From NCBI GenBank assembly GCA_965215885.1, contig CBDCEW010000102.1, positions 1 to 64,000 of the forward strand: a stretch of DNA of 64,000 bases. Reading direction: 5' to 3'. Of this stretch, positions 57,355-64,000 are shown piece after piece; the first letter of the stretch is position 1, and each line of letters starts with the position of its first letter. This stretch comes from Candidatus Moanibacter sp. (GTDB taxonomy: Bacteria; Verrucomicrobiota; Verrucomicrobiia; Opitutales; UBA2987). The position numbers were made by a program, and so were the translations under genes. The notes under the pieces were generated by a model. That model made no database searches and was not told the origin of the DNA. It saw nothing but the letters and a program-made list of their open reading frames with translations.

Positions 57355-59196
57355 TTGGATAAGATTACCAGGACATGGCGAAGCATTCGCCGAGGAGCGA
57401 GCTTTCTTCTTGAGCATAATCGACTCGATCCATTTCCGATTAGAAGATCCATCCGGGGCTATGATCGGTTCAAAGCGCGGAGCGACATTCGCGCCGGAAT
57501 AAATGTAGCCTTGCTGGCTTTTCCACAGGGTATGGCCTATGCTTATATCGGTGGCCTGCCGATCGAATACGGTATCTATGGTTCCGCCGTGGCCGCTATG
57601 GTGGGGCCCCTCTTTTCCGGCTCACGGTTTCTTTTATTGGGACCGACTAACGCTACTTCGGTCTTACTCTTTTCCTCATTTCTCGCACTCAACGTCTCAG
57701 AGTCTGAGAAACTTGCCATGTTGCCGCTCCTTGTCGCGATGGTGGGTGCATTCCTCATGTTTTGCGCCATTTGTCGAGTAGCAAATCTCATCCAATACGT
57801 CTCCCGCACCGTAGTAACGGGCTATATCGCCGCCGCCGCCCTTTACATTATTCTGAATCAGGTCCGCAAGGTGCTCGGGATCGATATTGAGATCCCGCAA
57901 GGGACCACCTTTTTCGGAATTGTCCGCCTCACAGCGGCGAGTTTGCCCGACCTCCACATTCCCTCGCTTTTCGTCGGCGTGCTTACCGCGGTCCTTTTCG
58001 TTGTTCTGAAGAGGCGCTTCCGAGAGTTGCCCACCGTCGCCACGACACTCTTCACTATGTCCCTCGCAATATTCGTTTGCGACGCGGCTTTAGAAAAAAG
58101 CAGCGCTTTGGAGGGCATATTTGGTGAAGGCCTGAAAATGCTGCATTCCATTGACGCCGGAACGTGGTCCCTGGGCATTCCGCAATTCAACGATGAATGG
58201 ATCAGCCAGCTCGCCGGGACAGCCGGAATTCTCGCCTTTTTATCCATGCTCGAAGGCGCCGCGATCGGCAAGGAATTAGCCGCTCGAGCCGGAGAGAGAC
58301 TCGATACCAATCAGGAGATCTTCGGTATGGGGGTCGCAAATATCGCTTGCTCATTCGCTTCCGGGATGCCGGCTTCGGGTTCGCTGACGCGCTCGCAACT
58401 GAATTGGGGGAGCGGCGCCTCGACACCTCTCGCCAGCATTCTCTGTGGCTTCGTTTGCGTTCTGGGCGCATACTTGCTGGGGCCCTTTATCAGGTTCATT
58501 CCACAGGCCGTGCTCGGTGTCCTCGTCATAACGATAGGACTCTCGTTAATCAACCGGCGCGAGATACGCGTTGTAACGAAGACAACGCGATCTGATGCTA
58601 TTGTATTTGTCGCCACATTTGGCGCCGCCGTATTTGTGGGACTTGCGTTCGGGATAGTCCTCGGTACGGCTATCTCAATAGGGCTTTTCCTGAGAAAGGC
58701 GGCCACCCCCGAGCTGGTGGAATACGCATTCTCGGAAGAGGGCTACCTCACTCAGCTCACAGCGGGGAAGCGACCCGACCCTGAAGTCTCGATTGTCCAC
58801 GTGGAGGGGGAACTCTTCTTTGGAGCGGCGGAACTCTTTCGCGATCAGATGCGAAGAGTCGTGGAAGACCCAAACCTGAAGATCGTGATTCTAAAAATGA
58901 GAAACGCGCACCATCTGGATGCAACGAGTGTCCTCGCCTTAGAGGAACTCATCGTATATCTCAACCAGACCGACCGGCACCTTCTCGTCAGTGAGGCGCG
59001 CAAGGAAGTCGTGAGAGTATTCAAGAACTCAGGGCTGATGGAAATCCTCGGGCGCGAGAATTTCTTTGCCGATGCCGCGAGAAATCCCGTGCTCTCGACC
59101 GCACGCGCCATAAAAAGGGCCCGCCAGATTCTCGCTGGGCAATCTGCTCGCGTCACGATATTTGCCGAGGGAAAGAAACCCAGCAAGAGGGGTTAA
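57355..59196 (+). CDS. sulP: SulP family anion permease with STAS domain (start uncertain)
   Basis: FPQGMAYAY..GLP, GPTNAT, NQEIFGMG.AN and STAS LDAT motifs. Confidence 0.9.
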   Translation: MDKITRTWRSIRRGASFLLEHNRLDPFPIRRSIRGYDRFKARSDIRAGINVALLAFPQGMAYAYIGGLPIEYGIYGSAVAAMVGPLFSGSRFLLLGPTNATSVLLFSSFLALNVSESEKLAMLPLLVAMVGAFLMFCAICRVANLIQYVSRTVVTGYIAAAALYIILNQVRKVLGIDIEIPQGTTFFGIVRLTAASLPDLHIPSLFVGVLTAVLFVVLKRRFRELPTVATTLFTMSLAIFVCDAALEKSSALEGIFGEGLKMLHSIDAGTWSLGIPQFNDEWISQLAGTAGILAFLSMLEGAAIGKELAARAGERLDTNQEIFGMGVANIACSFASGMPASGSLTRSQLNWGSGASTPLASILCGFVCVLGAYLLGPFIRFIPQAVLGVLVITIGLSLINRREIRVVTKTTRSDAIVFVATFGAAVFVGLAFGIVLGTAISIGLFLRKAATPELVEYAFSEEGYLTQLTAGKRPDPEVSIVHVEGELFFGAAELFRDQMRRVVEDPNLKIVILKMRNAHHLDATSVLALEELIVYLNQTDRHLLVSEARKEVVRVFKNSGLMEILGRENFFADAARNPVLSTARAIKRARQILAGQSARVTIFAEGKKPSKRG

Positions 59197-59715
59197 ACAT
59201 CACTTTCACGGTGAATAGATATTGCAATTCTCCAGACTGTCCTTATTGTTTGTTAACTTTCTTTACATTTTATTTACGCTGCTTCTGCTTCGCTGCTCTT
59301 TCAGCATCGTGTTTATTATAATATTATGACCAAAAATGAAGAATATCATTGGGAACCTGAAGGGGTTCAATCTGGGGGACATACCGGTCGGTATGAATAT
59401 CCCCGCCCTCATTATTACCTGGATTATACCTTTGTGGGGCAAGGTATTAGATTCCGCTTATAACTTTAGTCTCATCTGGAACGCCCGCATCTTTTCCGGT
59501 GCAAACGGGCAGCTGAGTTCCGAGAAAGAGAACAATTGCCTCTTCACGATGATGGAGGGAGAGATCCGCTTGGCAGGAAAAGGTTGCTCAGCGCGTCGAA
59601 TGGGACAAGTCCGTCACAGTTTGGCGGACAACTCCGGGCAAAGTGCGAACTTACACACGTATTAGAATTTCGTATATAAAACTATACTCATAATAAACGC
59701 GAAAGGAAGAATATC

Positions 59716-60060
59716 ATGAATAATCGTAGTGAAAGGGGATTCACCCTCGTGGAAATAATGATCGTTGTGGTGATCATCGGCTTACTCGCCGCCATGGCGA
59801 TACCAGCCTTCAACAAGGTGCGGGAGACCTCCCAGGATAAAGCGGTCACCAACAACCTGCGCCAGATAGCCTCTGCTGCACAGCAGTATATGCTCGATGA
59901 GGGAGTATCACAAGTATCGACCGTCATGATTCTGGGACCCGGACTACACATGACCGGTCTTTCCAGTGTGGCCGATGAAACCTATGACGTCACGGTGGGA
60001 ACAAATACCACCCGCATACAAACAGCACTCAATGCCAGGACTATATTCTACGAATTCTGA
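59716..60060 (+). CDS. Type IV pilin / prepilin-type N-terminal cleavage-methylation protein
   Basis: G|FTLVEIMIVVVIIGLLAAMAIP. Confidence 0.9.
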   Translation: MNNRSERGFTLVEIMIVVVIIGLLAAMAIPAFNKVRETSQDKAVTNNLRQIASAAQQYMLDEGVSQVSTVMILGPGLHMTGLSSVADETYDVTVGTNTTRIQTALNARTIFYEF

Positions 60061-60092
60061 GCCGGAGAATCATAGAAAATCGAAATGTGGAG

Positions 60093-60125
60093 AACGGATG
60101 GCCGGGTTTTCCCGCCATCCGTTTT
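60093..60125 (+). terminator. Probable intrinsic terminator after the pilin gene
   Basis: AACGGATGGC...GCCATCCGTT followed by TT. Confidence 0.6.
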
Positions 60126-60228
60126 GCTGTCCAATTTTTGAATTGAACGTAACGATAATTTATGGGTTCATTCATTCTCAGGGAACAAGCCACCCGCGAA
60201 CGGGACGATGTCGTCAGGTCTCGGCCAA

Positions 60229-61107
60229 ATGAATATCTACATAATCGTTTCCATTGCCAGGGCTTCTCAGAGAGCGATTGGGGCATTCAGCAGCAATGAA
60301 AAAGCCAATGGGTATATCGCGGAGCAGAATATTCAAGACGCGGAGATTTCTCTTTTTGAACTACCTTCGGATACCCGCGAGATGCCCGAAATGGTCCATA
60401 TCGCACACAAATCGGGGGGTGCGGGGCTCTATACAATATCGGGATATTTCCTGAAGAAGTTTGAGGCCACGCTAGCTCGGGGGGAAGGAGGCTACGTCAA
60501 GACCCTGAGCGTCGATGATCCCGACCCTGAAGCCATCGAGGAACGGCTGCCGGAAGAGAGGACCCGGGCCAGCGCTGAGAGGGCGCAATTGCACCCACCG
60601 GAAGCGATCGACACGGAATCCGGTGCAGGCGGTCGTCGAAATGTGATGTTCCTCATCGCTACCCTTTCCATACTGACTATTGTCAATGTCCTATACTATC
60701 TGCGCTCTCCAAGATTCGAGCTGGCAGAAAACGTCAGCTCTGTAGCATGGCTGCCGAGCGAGGCCAACGACATCTCCTATTTATTTACAGAGAAAGTGAG
60801 GGTCTTCGAATTCACGATCTCGGAATCGGGCTTCATGACTTGGTTAGTCGGCGAAGGTCTGACGGCTACGAAATTAGAAAACAGTAACATGAAAATCCCG
60901 CGTTACACGTTTGATGCTGATATTCCTATCGAAGGGCTGGAAAATGAAAGCGAAGAAGAGCAATTCGAGATTTGGGAATCATTTACTAAGGCGACGATCA
61001 GCGATGGATTCGCGTTCAATACTGAAGCACCGGATGAATCTTCCACCGTTATGGGGGGCTACGACCTGCCGAAGAAACGAGCTTACTACCGGCAGAAGTT
61101 TCATTGA
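60229..61107 (+). CDS. Hypothetical protein with a central TM helix
   Basis: Long ORF with a single hydrophobic segment. Confidence 0.65.
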   Translation: MNIYIIVSIARASQRAIGAFSSNEKANGYIAEQNIQDAEISLFELPSDTREMPEMVHIAHKSGGAGLYTISGYFLKKFEATLARGEGGYVKTLSVDDPDPEAIEERLPEERTRASAERAQLHPPEAIDTESGAGGRRNVMFLIATLSILTIVNVLYYLRSPRFELAENVSSVAWLPSEANDISYLFTEKVRVFEFTISESGFMTWLVGEGLTATKLENSNMKIPRYTFDADIPIEGLENESEEEQFEIWESFTKATISDGFAFNTEAPDESSTVMGGYDLPKKRAYYRQKFH

Positions 61108-61124
61108 GATAATTCTGCCCATCG

Positions 61125-61364
61125 ATGGATCAGATGCAGATCAATCAAGCCGAGTGGGAGAATCCTGAAAACTGGGGAGGGCCGAGGTGGTTCTCGATCT
61201 ATTTCAGCAAAAGGGATTCGCGCGTTTGGGTTAAGAAACAAATTCCCTGGATGGGGTGGACTTTAAACCTGGCCCACACTGGAGGCGTCCTTTGGTTTAC
61301 CCTGATATTTGTTGCGATTGTAGTCGCTGTGCTTTTCTTCCGCGCGACCACTTCCGCCCATTAG
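61125..61364 (+). CDS. DUF5808 domain small membrane protein
   Basis: W.NP.NW..IYFSK.DSRVWV.K..WMGWTLNLA. Confidence 0.8.
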   Translation: MDQMQINQAEWENPENWGGPRWFSIYFSKRDSRVWVKKQIPWMGWTLNLAHTGGVLWFTLIFVAIVVAVLFFRATTSAH

Positions 61365-61455
61365 GTGACGACGGGCTATGGCACGGCCGCGCATACAATT
61401 GGCGCTACTTTTCGGGTCTGGAAGCAGCGAGTTTAATATCGCAGCTGGCAGAGCT

Positions 61456-62955
61456 TTACTGGAAACCCTGGGCCTGTTCCGCCATTAGGCCGCGGCCAAT
61501 GCGGTGAGCTGATTCTGCTTGCTCAGGTGAATAAGCGTCCCCAACTGAGAACTTCGAGGCCAGGAAGAGGCTATTCACCAGAACACAATACTGATTATTG
61601 ACCATAAGCCCGAGAAAGTCTCCCGTTTTGGCGAATACGAGATCTCCGCGCTTCGGGGAAAACTCACCGAAGAGCCTGTTAAAGAGTCTCGACTGCATTC
61701 GGAGGTATTCACTACGGCCGCTCTCTAACTTGAAGGTGGACTCTCCATAGTAGTCTTCATTGCCACTGATAAGAACGGCGCCGGGAAATCGGAAAGGATC
61801 CTGAGCCAATGGGAATACCTTAGTTCCGGAGATTTCGTCGGACCCCCGTTTCATACGAGCGACCATCACACGGGGATCCACCGCGAGAAAAGCGACCTCT
61901 ACCACCTTAAGATTCGACTCTCCCAGATTTGCTGAAGCCGAAATGGAACTGTATTGACTCCTTGAGGCGTCGAGACGGAAGGGTGTATCCCGGGCGTGAA
62001 ACAGTGCAAAGGTATCCTCCCCGTCTGAAACCAGAATACCGTCGGCATCAAAGTTTCTCTCTCTTCCATTGGACAGCTCGGTGGTGAAACTGACGGTCGC
62101 TCTGTTATCCTTGAACTCTCGAAATATAGTATTGAGCGAGAGCGGTTGAATCTGTCGAATCTCCTCGTGGATAGCGGTTGACGATTTCGCCAATACACTG
62201 ACTCCTTCAGCCAGTTTTGAAGTTTGTTTTTGAATCGCCTTTTTTTCCACTCGCACCGTTTCAATTTCGGCCTGAGCGGCAATCAGGTTCTGTTGGAGCA
62301 TCCTCTTTTCCGTTTCCCGGATCTGCAGTTGAGTGTCAAGCTGCCGATTCTCACGCTCCACCGTCCGGCGCTGTTCCTCGAGTGCTCTTATGTCCTTATC
62401 AGCGCGTTCAATTTCAGTCTCCTTATCCTCGAGCTGTTCCTGGAGAAATCGGACGCGTTCCTTCCTGGCAGCCGCCGATTCGCGAGCTTCGCTGAGACGT
62501 TCGGCAAGACCGCTGCGCTCCTCTTCCGAGGCAACCAGCATCGCTTGAGTAGCGGAAAATTCCTCGGTCAATACGCTCCTTTTTTCCTCGAGCTCCTCTC
62601 TTATCGACTCCAGATTCTCCTTCTCCTCGGCGAGCAGACTGGCCGTCGCTGATCGTTCCTCCAAGTCTTCCCTCGACTTCCGCAATTCGGATTCGGTCAC
62701 CTCCAAAGTCTCTACCCGCGAATCGAGCTCGCTCCGCGTATCTCTTAGCTGATCAACCAGACTCCGTCTATTCTGCTCTTCATTTTCCAAAGAGATTTTG
62801 AGCATCTCAAAAAGGTCCTGCTCAGCCGCCGATTCCTCCTGAAGCCTCACTTGCTCCTCTGGAGGAGGACCTTCATCCGGCTGATCGAACCGAGCCAGGG
62901 CGAGCAGGCTGAGAAGCAGAAAATCAGCTATTATCAGGAGTAGCGCCCGACTCAT
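61456..62955 (-). CDS. N-anchored coiled-coil protein with C-terminal degenerate trypsin-like domain
   Basis: TM helix with central Asp (IIADFLLL); ~230-aa coiled coil; GDLVF..TGDFLGLMV. Confidence 0.7.
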   Translation of the reverse strand: MSRALLLIIADFLLLSLLALARFDQPDEGPPPEEQVRLQEESAAEQDLFEMLKISLENEEQNRRSLVDQLRDTRSELDSRVETLEVTESELRKSREDLEERSATASLLAEEKENLESIREELEEKRSVLTEEFSATQAMLVASEEERSGLAERLSEARESAAARKERVRFLQEQLEDKETEIERADKDIRALEEQRRTVERENRQLDTQLQIRETEKRMLQQNLIAAQAEIETVRVEKKAIQKQTSKLAEGVSVLAKSSTAIHEEIRQIQPLSLNTIFREFKDNRATVSFTTELSNGRERNFDADGILVSDGEDTFALFHARDTPFRLDASRSQYSSISASANLGESNLKVVEVAFLAVDPRVMVARMKRGSDEISGTKVFPLAQDPFRFPGAVLISGNEDYYGESTFKLESGRSEYLRMQSRLFNRLFGEFSPKRGDLVFAKTGDFLGLMVNNQYCVLVNSLFLASKFSVGDAYSPEQAESAHRIGRGLMAEQAQGFQ

Positions 62956-64000
62956 TTTGAAGGGAATCTATATTGACGATGATTAAGCGTCGGTAAGGAC
63001 GCACGTGGACCACCTTGAGCACAGCCACGAAGAGGATACCGAAAAGCGTCGAAGAATAGGCGGCGATGAGGCTGGCTTGAACGATGTCCATGGCAAGCAG
63101 GATAAGCGAAGCCACGGTTCCGCCGAGCCCCACATAGAGACCGAGATCGAAGAGATTGTCTTCATTTTCAAGCAGCTTCAGTTTCAGATCGAGGGTGGCC
63201 TCTTGCTTTTTGATTTCGGAAATTTGGATCAGACAGAAAACGTAGACAATCATCTGCAGGAGAAAGAATAGGATAATAATAAGGATCGTGATTTGATCGA
63301 GCATGGCAGTATCGAGATTCTGCGATTTTAGCGATTCGAGGTTACTAGCAATATTAAATATCAAACGCAACCGCGCTTTCGGTTCAGGACCGCTGGCAAA
63401 CAGGGCCGGTTCCATGAGCACCCACAAGGTTGTGGCAAAGAAGAGAGCGACGATGCTGTTGCGTGTAATCACAAGCGGGTGCAGCCGGGGGATCTTCCGT
63501 CTTCCCATTATGATCTCGAGAATGTTACTGAGAAACAGGGCTACCGCGTAACCGGCAGCCAAAATAGCCAGTATCTTGAGATTTATAGCTGCCTGGGGGT
63601 GGTGATGAGTAAAGCTGAGGAGCGGCGCTTGATGAACCCATGCCGTGATTCGATCCAGCGCTTCGACAAAAGCGGGCGGGCGGTAAACGGGTTTGCTGTG
63701 CTTGAGGAGTGCGTCCACCGCTCCCTTGCCCGCGGAAAGGGCGAAGGAGAGATCATCCCATACTTCCTCGCCAAAATCCCTGGCATAGTTAACGACTGCT
63801 CCCGGCTGATTAGAGAGAAGAACCAGACCGTAGATCATGGGCATAGCTTCCGGATTTCTTCGTAAGAATGAGGCTGTCAGATTCAAGGTCTCTACAGACG
63901 AGAACCGCTTTAGTAACTCGGAGAGCTGCACCCAATTGAGCCTCCTTGCCAAACTAAGCACGGTCAGATAAAACTCCTCCAGGCGCTCCAAAGCCAAACG
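62924..64000 (-). CDS. Multi-TM membrane protein with MotA/ExbB-like C-terminus (5' end outside window)
   Basis: LGLYVGLGGTVASLI...LIAAYSSTLFGIL; overlaps the downstream gene start. Confidence 0.65.
   Translation of the reverse strand, partial: RLALERLEEFYLTVLSLARRLNWVQLSELLKRFSSVETLNLTASFLRRNPEAMPMIYGLVLLSNQPGAVVNYARDFGEEVWDDLSFALSAGKGAVDALLKHSKPVYRPPAFVEALDRITAWVHQAPLLSFTHHHPQAAINLKILAILAAGYAVALFLSNILEIIMGRRKIPRLHPLVITRNSIVALFFATTLWVLMEPALFASGPEPKARLRLIFNIASNLESLKSQNLDTAMLDQITILIIILFFLLQMIVYVFCLIQISEIKKQEATLDLKLKLLENEDNLFDLGLYVGLGGTVASLILLAMDIVQASLIAAYSSTLFGILFVAVLKVVHVRPYRRLIIVNIDSLQNESGATPDNS

Noticed and set aside
59330..59700. ORF 59336-59665 or a c-di-GMP riboswitch upstream of the pilin
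   Set aside because: The ORF has no motifs; GCAAAC is present but the GAAA tetraloop and GACGCAAA junction are missing

Overview
Bacterial chromosomal window, probably Verrucomicrobiota/Opitutales-like (inferred from gene content: DUF5069, W-x-x-x-DP repeat protein, SHD1 fusion, divergent PurA, stand-alone OvoA-type methyltransferase). It carries housekeeping genes (guaB, purA, folC, accD, comF, truA, ruvX, manC, moeB, ptsH, rhlE-like helicase, gluQ, sulP, a pilin) and sugar-catabolism oxidoreductases. Standout items: (1) an ORF-free ~850-nt, highly structured minus-strand region with GNRA hairpins and an intrinsic terminator (29930-30790), a candidate large ncRNA (MISL-like or new); (2) four near-identical copies of a 92-bp two-hairpin, TSD-less IS200/IS605-type non-autonomous element, two of which split genes whose frames are restored by removing the element; (3) an IS701-like element inserted in one copy's hairpin with a 22-bp duplication of that hairpin; (4) several unrelated IS/MITE families that land on CTAG sites overlapping TAG stop codons, including a nested stack behind ptsH; (5) unusual proteins: a degenerate cyclase-PEGA-2xTonB fusion, a MotA/MotB-like pair with a pseudo-protease domain, and an SHD1-TlpA lacking CxxC. 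A few 1-bp frameshifts and one amber codon may be consensus errors. No rRNA, tRNA or CRISPR array was seen.
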